This document shows positions 35,264-43,010 of a stretch of DNA of 43,010 nt, in pieces. Numbering within the stretch: the stretch's first letter is position 1; every line of letters begins with the position of its first letter. Source of the stretch: Parcubacteria group bacterium (lineage in GTDB: Bacteria; Patescibacteriota; Minisyncoccia; Phycocordibacterales; JACNGX01); contig JACNGX010000021.1 in the NCBI GenBank assembly GCA_014383885.1, positions 1 through 43,010 of the forward strand. The letters run 5' to 3'. The position numbers and the translations under genes are program-made. The notes beneath the pieces are model-generated. The model was not told the DNA's origin. It did not search any database and saw nothing but the letters and a program-made list of their open reading frames with translations.

Positions 35264-35875
35264 CTACTCCTTTTGCTTTTTGCCGATTTTTTTGACAAGC
35301 AGGAGGTGCTTTTCGTAGTCTGGCTTTCCGTTTTGGTCGGTTTCTGTTTCTACCAGGATTGTTTTAGTTTCTATGTCGTACTCCTTCTCCAGTTTTTCAA
35401 GAATGATGAGCAGGTTGCGCTCCTCGTCAACAATTCCCTCCCATTCTTTCCCGCTGTCTTTGAATATTGGAAATACTTTTAACTCACCGCCGTTGGTAAG
35501 TGAGTCGAGAGCGTTCTTGAACGCGGTGTACGTACTCTCAACATCTTCATGCAAAGACAATGAAAGCGCGGCTAAAGAGACGACTACGTCCATGTCGGTG
35601 TATGGAATTGACTCTCTAAAATCGCCTTGTGAAAAATGATCGACAAATTCATCTTGCGTGGGAGGTCTTTTGTCCATGCCGTATGCCGCACTAGTGATAT
35701 CTTCTGAAAGGAGAAAGTTTATAAAGTCTCCGGAATCACATCCGAGATCAAGAATGCGTTTGTTCCTCAAGTCCTCAGGAGCAAAGAGGAATGATTCCTT
35801 GTACCGTTTCACCGTCTCTGCATCGTATGATTCAGAGGAATGTTCAGCTTGCGATTGTGGGGATTCTTTGCTCAT
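35264..35875 (-). CDS. Class I SAM-dependent methyltransferase.
   Basis: Motif I ILDLGCDSGDF. 203 aa. Start codon 6 nt after the stop of the ClpB-like gene. Confidence 0.7.
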   Translation of the reverse strand: MSKESPQSQAEHSSESYDAETVKRYKESFLFAPEDLRNKRILDLGCDSGDFINFLLSEDITSAAYGMDKRPPTQDEFVDHFSQGDFRESIPYTDMDVVVSLAALSLSLHEDVESTYTAFKNALDSLTNGGELKVFPIFKDSGKEWEGIVDEERNLLIILEKLEKEYDIETKTILVETETDQNGKPDYEKHLLLVKKIGKKQKE

Positions 35876-35880
35876 AGTGT

Positions 35881-38271
35881 TTACGCAATATCTGTCGGCG
35901 AAAGCGTGATTGAGCCACCGCGCGCAATTTCGCCTTTGATGAGTCCGTCGGCGATATATTGCTCAATGTGTTGCTGGATATAGCGTTGCATGGGGCGGGC
36001 ACCGAATGCTCTGTCGTAGCCCTCGTGCGCGACGTGTTTTGCCATGTCGGGAGAGAACGATACTTTTATTCCTTGCTGCTTGAGTCGCTCGGTGAGTTTG
36101 TCGAGCATGAGTGTGGCGATTTGTTCTATATGCTCGGGTGACAACGGATGAAAGAGGATGGTGCCGGAGAAACGGTTTAAGAATTCGGGCTTGAAGAGCT
36201 GTTCGTCTATGAGTGAGGCAATGAATGCATCATGTTCTTTTGATATATCGCGCCCTTCCTCAGTTGCTTTCCAAATTATATCGGATCCGGCATTGGATGT
36301 GGCGATGAAGAGAATATTGCGTGCATTTACACTCCGCCCTTCTCCGTCGGAAAATTGTCCTTCGTCGAGAATTTGGAGAAAGAGATCGTGGACATGGGGA
36401 TTTGTCTTTTCAAACTCGTCCAAAAGAAGTACGCCATAGGGTTTTTGACGGATCATGGTGGAGAGAATGCCCGCCTCCCCTGCCGGCGTGCCGATCAAGC
36501 GTGAGAGTGCATCGCCTTCGCGGTATTCTGACATATCAAGACGAAGGAGATTGTCTTCACTGCCGAAAAATACACGCGCGAGTGCTTTTGCGGTTTCTGT
36601 TTTCCCCACACCTGTCGGACCAAAGAAGAGAAATGACCCTATTGGTTTCTTATTGTCGCGCACGTTGGCACGCGCGCGGCGCAGTGCTTGCGCGATTGCC
36701 GAGATAGCTTCTTCTTGACCGACGACATGTTTGTGTAAGTGATGCTCTAAATCAGTGAGCACAAGTCGCTCGGTGTCGGAGAGTTCGCCTGCGGGAATGC
36801 CGGTTTTCTCCGAGACAAGAGCGAGAATGTCTTTGGCGGTGATGAGGCGGCTGCGAGTGGAGGTGCTTCGTGTTGCTGCTTCGGCAATGATGTCGCGTGT
36901 TTTGTCTTCCGCATCGTCGCCACTGAAATATTGCTTGCTTGCACGGACGGCTTCCTCAAGCGCCGGATAGGTGAAGAAGACGTGATGGTTTTTCTCCAAA
37001 CGAGCAATATCGGATTCAAGAAAGGTGGTGAGTCGCGTGTCGGAGAGCGTTGCGCTTTTCACCACTTCAAAACGGCGCATGAGTGAGGTGTCGCGCTCAA
37101 GCTCATGGATGTAGGTGCGCGTGTCGGAGAGCGCAAGAAATGGCACTGCTGTTCCTGAAAGATATGGATCAATCAAAGAACGAATGTCGCTTCCGAGTAT
37201 GGCGGCTGAGGAGAGAAAAGCATGGAAACGTGGCACGACGATGATACTATTGCCGGCTTTGCGTGCTTCTTCGAGGGTGTCGCGGAGCGTTGTTTCAAAG
37301 AGGTGCTTTTCGCCTGTGCGCGATACAAGAAGGTCGGTATCAAGAACGATGACGTGTTTCCCAAAAAGGGTTTGGGGCACTTTATGGCGAGTGATAGCCC
37401 CTTCAAGCATGGAGGCAAGTGTGTGTGCGTCAAACGAACCGACGAGCAAAACATTTGATTCACGTGTTTTTCCGAGACCGCTCACGACGCGAGAGAGGGT
37501 ATCGTTTTCCATAAATGATCCCGATGATCCATAACGAGGATGATGCGTGTAGGTGTCAAGAAGGTGTGTACGGGAGAGGTGTAAATCCTTTCCAATAGGA
37601 CGAGTGTGGAGAAGTCGTTTTTCCGACCACCAAAACGCTTCATCGAGATGGCGTTCGCGCATGCGCGCGACCCAGCCGGAAGCGCGCGTGGCTGTCTCGG
37701 ATGTGATGTGCCTGCTGAAGAGGAAGTCCGCCATCGCTTCGTCTGTGGCGATAAGCTCGGAAACAAAATCCTCAAGCGAATACCACGGTGAGGCGTCTGA
37801 ATCGGTGAGAGCAAGGTTGGTGGGGCGATGTCCACGTTCCTTCAAAAAGGTGTGGGTGTCGTTCTGTGAGAGCCCGAGACGGCGTGCGAGATCCTTCCCT
37901 GTCTTCGAGCGAAAAAGCGCGCGAACGTAATCGCCGCGGTGTGCGCTTGTTAGAATACTCAATACTCCGAGAGAGATGAGCCCTTCTTTTCCTTCGGTAG
38001 TATGAATACCGCGTGCGTGGAAATATAGTGACCGGAAGTACCATTCCGCCATGGAGAGTGTGAGTACGACTGCAAAGATAATGAGTCCGACACCGGCAAG
38101 GAATTGGGCATACGGGAGTGAATGGAAAAGTGCCGCGCCGAAAAAAAGCAGGAGTGCGAGAACGGTAAGGAATGTACGCATACGCAAGCGCCTTTTCCGC
38201 GGTAATAGACGCTCAAGGGTTGCGAGTGGATAAAGCGAGCTGTGTATGATGCGGGAACGGAAGGCATTCAT
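35881..38271 (-). CDS. ClpB/ClpC-like AAA+ protein with an N-terminal TM anchor, a degenerate first nucleotide-binding domain and an intact second one.
   Basis: D2 carries GPTGVGKTE and LLLDEFEK. The D1-homologous segment reads VLLVGSFDAHTLASMLEGAI...IVVPRFHAF in place of GEPGVGKT / FIDELH. Two N-terminal hydrophobic helices. The start may be 38271 (M42) or 38181. Confidence 0.75.
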   Translation of the reverse strand: MNAFRSRIIHSSLYPLATLERLLPRKRRLRMRTFLTVLALLLFFGAALFHSLPYAQFLAGVGLIIFAVVLTLSMAEWYFRSLYFHARGIHTTEGKEGLISLGVLSILTSAHRGDYVRALFRSKTGKDLARRLGLSQNDTHTFLKERGHRPTNLALTDSDASPWYSLEDFVSELIATDEAMADFLFSRHITSETATRASGWVARMRERHLDEAFWWSEKRLLHTRPIGKDLHLSRTHLLDTYTHHPRYGSSGSFMENDTLSRVVSGLGKTRESNVLLVGSFDAHTLASMLEGAITRHKVPQTLFGKHVIVLDTDLLVSRTGEKHLFETTLRDTLEEARKAGNSIIVVPRFHAFLSSAAILGSDIRSLIDPYLSGTAVPFLALSDTRTYIHELERDTSLMRRFEVVKSATLSDTRLTTFLESDIARLEKNHHVFFTYPALEEAVRASKQYFSGDDAEDKTRDIIAEAATRSTSTRSRLITAKDILALVSEKTGIPAGELSDTERLVLTDLEHHLHKHVVGQEEAISAIAQALRRARANVRDNKKPIGSFLFFGPTGVGKTETAKALARVFFGSEDNLLRLDMSEYREGDALSRLIGTPAGEAGILSTMIRQKPYGVLLLDEFEKTNPHVHDLFLQILDEGQFSDGEGRSVNARNILFIATSNAGSDIIWKATEEGRDISKEHDAFIASLIDEQLFKPEFLNRFSGTILFHPLSPEHIEQIATLMLDKLTERLKQQGIKVSFSPDMAKHVAHEGYDRAFGARPMQRYIQQHIEQYIADGLIKGEIARGGSITLSPTDIA

Positions 38272-38273
38272 AT

Positions 38274-38663
38274 TTATGAGAACATGAGAATAAAACCCAT
38301 GAGGGCGAGTGCAGGCGTGAGAATCGGGAGAGTAAGCCAGAGAATGAGAGCGATGACGAGAAGAGATATGGCGCCCAGAGTAAGAAGAAGGCATACGGCA
38401 ATGAGAAAGCTACGGGAAACCATGCCAACGATACGCATGAGCAGATTGACAACGACTGCTTCAAGGAAACGTATCGGCTCGACAATACTCGGATATGCTT
38501 CACGTTCTTTTTTCCACGGCTGAAAGAATGTGGTAAGGAGTGTGGAAAGTGAAAAGCTGTGCGCGATAAATTTCAAAAATGTGTGCGAAAGACGCAGCGC
38601 GTCTAAGGTACCGCGTGTGTAATGCCAGAGAATGTATCGACCCATAAGTGCGACGGTAGTCAT
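38274..38663 (-). CDS. Small polytopic membrane protein (about 129 aa), probably co-transcribed with the ClpB-like gene.
   Basis: Hydrophobic C-terminal half. Its stop codon abuts the ClpB-like start. Confidence 0.4.
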   Translation of the reverse strand: MTTVALMGRYILWHYTRGTLDALRLSHTFLKFIAHSFSLSTLLTTFFQPWKKEREAYPSIVEPIRFLEAVVVNLLMRIVGMVSRSFLIAVCLLLTLGAISLLVIALILWLTLPILTPALALMGFILMFS

Positions 38664-38988
38664 GAGGATAGTATAGCATGGGGGAGTGTACGGTTTGTAG
38701 CCAAGAGCTTTGAGGAAGTGGATAAAAGAAATGGAAGTTGTACGTGGTAAGTATTGAGTTGTGAGAAAGGGGCGCGGCTCCGCCGCGCCCCTAACATGTA
38801 TATCGTCATTCCCGCCTCTCGGCGAAAATCTTCGGGAAATATGGTATAGCAAAAAACGGGCGGCGGGCTACGCCCGCCGCCCTCCCCTACCCCAATCCTC
38901 CCCACACAAAACCTTGACTTTTCAGCAATAATGTGTATTGTTTAAGGTAGCAAATAGTACATTGTAAATTAAATAAAAGGAAACAGTC

Positions 38989-40305
38989 ATGGAAGAAACA
39001 ATTATTTCTTGGTCTCCCTCAGAGGGAGACGATAGGCGTCTCCAGGAAGAAAAAAACAAGAGAGATTTTTGGAGGAATGTATGGGTGGCGAACGGAATCA
39101 TCTTTGCCATTGCCGTTCTTGCGATACTCTTTTCCCCTTCAATCACTCTTGAATATCTCAACAACGAAGGAGAGAAGATGTTCGTTCCAGTATGGAATTG
39201 GGGGTGGTTTCTTCTTGCGATGCAGTTTTTGTATTCCGTCGCGTACCCTCTCCTACCACTTTTTTGGGAGAGAGGAGAAGTTGAAATTCCAGAGGAGCTC
39301 CTAAAGGGGGCTATGAATCTTAATGAGACGGAAGAGAAAAGGGAAGAAAGGAAAAATGCCGGTATTCTCACCGTTAAGGAATACGAGATTGAGAGGATGC
39401 GATGGAAGTCGGAGAAATATCCTACAGTTCCTTCGGAAACGTATGGGATGTTGACGTTTATGGATGCACTTTTATTTCCGCTTCCTGATGGACTTGCTTA
39501 CATCCCTCCATTTTTTGGTATCAAGAGGGATACTAAAAAGATTGTGCAGTTTGAACTCCCTCCTAGTGAGCTGATTTATTGGGGAAGCGGTGACGTTCCA
39601 GAAGGGATGTATGCTCCTCTTCGCTTTGGACAGGTGGGTAAACCTTCAAAAGTAGAAGCTGAGGAAAACAATCCGCTTAGCAATAATCAGACGACGGATG
39701 GAAGCATCCAGGCGCGAATCCGTATTGACGGCAAGAGTCTGTACGAGTATTTCACCACTATCGGTACTCTGAAAAATGCCGAGAAGATGATACTTGATGC
39801 TATGGTGAGTAAGGTGCAGGCAATTCTGGGCAAGAAGACTCCTCTCTGGACAAAAAGAAACTTCGACAAGGTCAATGAGGAAATCACAAGGGCTTTGCAT
39901 AAGTTCGTTGTAGGGTGGGGTGTTGTTGCACTCGATGTGTACCTTGTTAATTATGACTATAGTCATGAGACAAACAAGAGTATGCGGGGTGTTGTTGTTG
40001 CTGAGTTTGAGAGAAAAGCGACAGTTACCAGGGCGGAAGGAGAGCGAGAGAAGCGCATGCTTGAAGGTCAAGGCCAGGCAGATGCTGATAAAGCGATTGG
40101 TGACGCGAAGACCGACGTGCTAGTTAAGAGGACGGAAGAACTCGATGTAACCGGCGCTGAAGTGCTCGGCGCAGAGACCGCTGGTGATGTTGCGAAGAAT
40201 GTGGAAGACCTGACTGTTCTTGGAGAGAACGTTGGTTCTGATACGTTCAAGTTCGGCAAACTCTTTGACCAAGGAGCAAAGTCAAACAAGGGAGGTAAGA
40301 AGTGA
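38989..40305 (+). CDS. SPFH/band-7 (stomatin/flotillin/HflKC-like) membrane protein.
   Basis: N-terminal TM helices. A band-7-like core with a characteristic Ala/Glu-rich coiled-coil tail (ERKATVTRAEGEREKRMLEGQGQADADKAIGDAK). Confidence 0.6.
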   Translation: MEETIISWSPSEGDDRRLQEEKNKRDFWRNVWVANGIIFAIAVLAILFSPSITLEYLNNEGEKMFVPVWNWGWFLLAMQFLYSVAYPLLPLFWERGEVEIPEELLKGAMNLNETEEKREERKNAGILTVKEYEIERMRWKSEKYPTVPSETYGMLTFMDALLFPLPDGLAYIPPFFGIKRDTKKIVQFELPPSELIYWGSGDVPEGMYAPLRFGQVGKPSKVEAEENNPLSNNQTTDGSIQARIRIDGKSLYEYFTTIGTLKNAEKMILDAMVSKVQAILGKKTPLWTKRNFDKVNEEITRALHKFVVGWGVVALDVYLVNYDYSHETNKSMRGVVVAEFERKATVTRAEGEREKRMLEGQGQADADKAIGDAKTDVLVKRTEELDVTGAEVLGAETAGDVAKNVEDLTVLGENVGSDTFKFGKLFDQGAKSNKGGKK

Positions 40306-40793
40306 ATGATTTTGTCATGACAAACCTTCCTGCGCTGATACCGCTCTTTCTGGTGCTTGCGGTGTCCTCACTCCTCCTTTTTTTAGGAGGGAGGAAAAAT
40401 GGTACGAAGAAAAAATCTGACGACGCGAAGACTGCGAAGAGGAAGTGGGGTGATAGTATTGCCCGTCTTTATAAAAAGACAGGGCTTCCCTATTTCTTTG
40501 GGACGAGGGTAACCAAGTTCCAGAAGGTGGGGGTGAATGTGGCAATATTCGCTTTTTTGTTTGCGGGTATTTACCATGTTTATCCCGAGATATGGGAAAC
40601 ATATCTCGTCGAACACCTGCCCTGGAAGATGGCTGCCGCCGTTGTCGCCAGCTATGTGCTGGTACGGAAGTATGATGGCGATGAGGGGTTCAATGTGTAT
40701 GAGAACCGCCTCTTTGACATACTGACGTGGGGGCTCGGCGTTGGGGTAGTCGCATTCGTTGCGAGCGCCCTGCGCAGTTGCGTGGGACTGTAG
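40302..40793 (+). CDS. Small membrane protein whose start overlaps the stop of the SPFH gene (putative SPFH partner).
   Basis: ATGA overlap and three hydrophobic segments. Confidence 0.5.
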   Translation: MNDFVMTNLPALIPLFLVLAVSSLLLFLGGRKNGTKKKSDDAKTAKRKWGDSIARLYKKTGLPYFFGTRVTKFQKVGVNVAIFAFLFAGIYHVYPEIWETYLVEHLPWKMAAAVVASYVLVRKYDGDEGFNVYENRLFDILTWGLGVGVVAFVASALRSCVGL

Positions 40794-40801
40794 AAGGGTA
40801 A

Positions 40802-40840
40802 ACGGCAAAAATGCTTTCAGCATTTTTGCCGTTTTTTTGT
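40802..40840 (+). terminator. Intrinsic terminator.
   Basis: ACGGCAAAAATGC tttca GCATTTTTGCCGT TTTTTTT. Confidence 0.7.
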
Positions 40841-40875
40841 GGCATGTTCCTTTTTTCACTTATCCCCAGACCCTC

Positions 40876-40903
40876 TTGACTGTGATTTTGAGTACGCTAT
40901 ACT
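40876..40903 (+). promoter_or_regulatory. Promoter TTGACT-N16-TATACT, followed by a leader of about 260 nt.
   Basis: Read directly. It sits upstream of the LysM-M23 peptidase gene. Confidence 0.5.
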
Positions 40904-41164
40904 CGCTCTATTGATAGAAACGGATGAATTGACGCGCCCGAAGCATATACTCACCGAACCGACCCAAAACGGCTTCGTTGAGCCATATAATTCGGATTCC
41001 GAACGACAGACACTCCCTCGGAATAGCTTGAAAACCCTTGAAATACGGCATATTACGCTTGTATGAAGAGGACGGAAGAGCTCTTTCCCTTACGGCTTAT
41101 CATACCCTCAATACAAGATCCTGACAGTTTTCTCGTTATTGCAAGTCAGGTGAATATACTGTAT

Positions 41165-42184
41165 ATGCGACGCTCCGCAGCGTTTCGTGCGGCGACTATT
41201 GTCGTGTCTCTCTCTATTCCGCTCTTTACCCATGCGGGAGTATTCTCTTTTGTTGAAGGGCTCCTTGGAAGTGAAGAAAAGACGGAAACAACTGTTTTTT
41301 CTGAAGAAAACTCTCAAACCATGGCGCTTCTTTCTCCTGCTCTTCATTCCGACCCGAATCCCGCCAAAGGTGGTGGCGATATTACACTCGTGGATGGTAC
41401 AGCGCTTTTGCCGGAGGCGGGTCCTTCAGGTACGCTTGCCGATATTGAAGAAATTTCTCTCACGTCCGATCATATTTCTCTCTATGTGGTACGCCCGGGC
41501 GACTCACTTTCCCAGATTGCAGAGATGTTTACTGTGTCGCCGAGTACCATTAAATGGGCAAATGACATTTCTTCAAGTGATGTGATTGTGCCGGGCGATA
41601 CGTTGGTTATTTTGCCGATTTCCGGTATTCGCCACACGGTGAAGAGTGGTGATACTGTGGGAAGCATTGCAAAGAAGTATGGAGGCGACATTGATGAGAT
41701 TCTTGAATACAATGCCCTTGAAAGCACGTCGCTTGCTGTGGGTGATGTTCTTGTTATCCCTGACGGAGAAATGGGAACCCCTGCCGGAACATCTTCATAT
41801 TCTCGCCCCGCGACACCGTCGTACTCTTCCGTTGTCTCATCCGGATACTACATGCGTCCGATTTCTGGTGGGTATCGTTCGCAGGGGTTGCACGGATACA
41901 ATGCCATTGACCTCGCTGCGCCAATTGGCACGCCGATGTACGCGTCGGCATCTGGTGACGTGATTCTTTCTCGCAGCGGTGGGTGGAATGGTGGATATGG
42001 AAGTTATATCGTGATTCGACATCCAAACGGCACACAAACACTCTATGCGCACAATTCTCAAAATATTGTGTCTGCCGGGCAACACGTGGTACAAGGACAA
42101 GTGATTGGATATGTTGGCTCCACTGGACGTTCTACCGGACCCCACATTCACTTTGAAATCCGCGGTGCGGTGAATCCATTTTAA
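41165..42184 (+). CDS. Secreted cell-wall hydrolase with two LysM domains and an M23 peptidase domain.
   Basis: Signal peptide MRRSAAFRAATIVVSLSIPLFTHA with an AGGTGA SD upstream. Two LysM motifs (YVVRPGDSLSQIAEMF..., HTVKSGDTVGSIAKKYG...). The C-terminal M23 motif is HxxxD...HIHFEI. Confidence 0.85.
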   Translation: MRRSAAFRAATIVVSLSIPLFTHAGVFSFVEGLLGSEEKTETTVFSEENSQTMALLSPALHSDPNPAKGGGDITLVDGTALLPEAGPSGTLADIEEISLTSDHISLYVVRPGDSLSQIAEMFTVSPSTIKWANDISSSDVIVPGDTLVILPISGIRHTVKSGDTVGSIAKKYGGDIDEILEYNALESTSLAVGDVLVIPDGEMGTPAGTSSYSRPATPSYSSVVSSGYYMRPISGGYRSQGLHGYNAIDLAAPIGTPMYASASGDVILSRSGGWNGGYGSYIVIRHPNGTQTLYAHNSQNIVSAGQHVVQGQVIGYVGSTGRSTGPHIHFEIRGAVNPF

Positions 42185-42243
42185 GTCAGGAGGATAGTAT
42201 GCTAGGAGGCAAGGAGATCAGTAAAAAATAAACAATAAACGAA

Positions 42244-42292
42244 AAATAAAAAAGCGGCGCGGTCATGAAATGACCGCGCCGCTTTCCCTTTA
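42244..42292. terminator. Bidirectional intrinsic terminator.
   Basis: AGCGGCGCGGTCAT gaa ATGACCGCGCCGCT, flanked by an A-run and TTTCCCTTT. Confidence 0.6.
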
Positions 42293-42377
42293 CAAAATGA
42301 CACGAGGATAACGGCGCGCTCATGGTAGGTGCAAAAAAATGCGACATCTGGATGACATCGCGTTTTTTCTTTACTAT

Positions 42378-42794
42378 CTAATTATACTCAATATCTGTTA
42401 ATCTTCCGTCAGTGGCATATTCAATATTCACACCCCCTATGCATCCAATGGATCCCTCGTCAGTATTTTCTGTACAGCTTCCTTCTCTCATAGCTCGTAT
42501 GTCTGAACCTTCAGGATAAGAACTTCTTAAATCGTGAAGAAGAGCGATTGCTTTTTCGTGAGTCATGACCTCTTGACCAAAGGTGTAATATAAGGAATCA
42601 TCTTGTGAAAGTCTAAGACTAAATTCTATCTTTCCTCTTTCAGAATTGTCCTCCAAATCAGCTTCAGAAGAGTCAACATATTGAGGTAATTTTTCTTGCA
42701 ACAACGTTTGTAATGTTTCAATCACTTCTTTTTCTTTTTCCTCTGTAGGAAAAACAGGATCTTTGCAGGCTCGAGCTTTAGGAAATTTTTCCAT
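42378..42794 (-). CDS. Hypothetical acidic protein (138 aa).
   Basis: ORF with the tandem repeats immediately upstream. No recognisable domain. Confidence 0.45.
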   Translation of the reverse strand: MEKFPKARACKDPVFPTEEKEKEVIETLQTLLQEKLPQYVDSSEADLEDNSERGKIEFSLRLSQDDSLYYTFGQEVMTHEKAIALLHDLRSSYPEGSDIRAMREGSCTENTDEGSIGCIGGVNIEYATDGRLTDIEYN

Positions 42795-42834
42795 AGTATT
42801 AATTAGTTTTATATTGATAAAAGATTATCATTCT

Positions 42835-42998
42835 GCTCCCCTCACCTTTAAATACGAAGACATGTGGTACACTTGCCACTCCCCACCTTTAAATACGAAG
42901 ACATGTGGTACACTTGCCACTCCCCACCTTTAAATACGAAGACATGTGGTACACTTGCCACTCCCCACCTTTAAATACGAAGACATGTGGTACACTTG
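42835..42998. repeat. Tandem direct repeat of 4 x 41 bp (CACTCCCCACCTTTAAATACGAAGACATGTGGTACACTTGC).
   Basis: Perfect 41-bp periodicity at 42845, 42886, 42927 and 42968. The first and last units are slightly divergent. There are no unique spacers. Confidence 0.85.
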
Positions 42999-43010
42999 TC
43001 ACATATGGCG

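Noticed and set aside
35042-35482. Plus-strand ORF 35042-35482 (146 aa, Lys/Asn/Glu-rich).
   Set aside because: It runs antisense through the 5' half of the methyltransferase gene and an A-rich spacer, and it has a low-complexity product.
38922-39371. Minus-strand ORF 38922-39371 overlapping the SPFH start.
   Set aside because: It is antisense to a well-supported gene, with no start context.
42331-42366. A-run / imperfect hairpin / T-run at 42331-42366 as a terminator for the 42378-42794 gene.
   Set aside because: The stem pairing is imperfect (mirror-like rather than fully complementary). It is left as a weak possibility only.
42835-42998. Possible CRISPR array at the right edge.
   Set aside because: The 41-bp units are directly abutting and near-identical, with no unique spacers between them. 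No cas genes are nearby. It is a simple tandem repeat.
1-43010. Searched intergenic regions for tRNA (GTTCGAATC-type T-loops), rRNA, SRP RNA, RNase P RNA and tmRNA signature motifs.
   Set aside because: No convincing matches were seen by eye. Absence is not proven without covariance-model scans.

Overview
This 43-kb chromosomal window covers the replication-origin neighbourhood of a bacterium with moderate GC and short intergenic regions. By inference only, it looks like a Gram-positive-type or CPR/Saccharibacteria-like organism.

The window contains, in order:

- Leftmost (1-2.6 kb): a partial gene for a secreted protein with an extreme Tyr/Asp-rich low-complexity region and three tandem FN3-like repeats, then a secreted protein with a Pro/Arg-rich tail. 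Both are driven by strong TTGACA-N16/17-TATAAT promoters.
- 3.0-9.1 kb: pilB (GspE/PilB ATPase), ruvB, yebC, ruvC and tyrS (minus strand).
- 9.2-17.5 kb: a class A PBP; then dciA-like, dnaN and dnaA on the minus strand, with AT-rich, DnaA-box-bearing origin candidates on both sides of dnaA; then rpmH-rnpA-yidD-yidC-jag.
- 17.5-29.5 kb: a 12-kb block transcribed entirely on the minus strand that encodes a Gram-positive/CPR-type type IV secretion (conjugation-like) module together with five secreted or membrane-anchored hypothetical proteins. The module comprises a VirB4 ATPase whose N-terminal extension is a separate ORF behind an A6 homopolymer, a PrgI/VirB3-like protein, a VirB6/TrbL-like polytopic protein with a long Gly-rich/coiled-coil tail, and a lipoprotein.
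- Distal part: DUF192, ksgA, a BASS-type transporter, an isolated GC-richer orphan gene, pcrA/uvrD, a SAM methyltransferase in an operon with a membrane-anchored ClpB-like AAA+ protein whose first ATPase domain is degenerate, an SPFH/band-7 operon, and a LysM-M23 peptidase with a long structured leader.

Non-coding highlights:

- A conserved 31-nt motif, TACGAA-N1-TACGAA-N4-TACGAA-N2-TACGAA, recurs at least six times in intergenic DNA, twice as inverted pairs that could form long RNA stems.
- A hairpin repeat family ATTCCTGG-N5-CCAGGAATGACA.
- A 46-nt perfect palindrome at the rnpA/yidD junction.
- A 4 x 41-bp tandem repeat at the right edge.
- Many genes with -10-like hexamers 6-10 nt upstream of the ATG, suggesting leaderless mRNAs.

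No tRNA, rRNA or CRISPR array was recognised.
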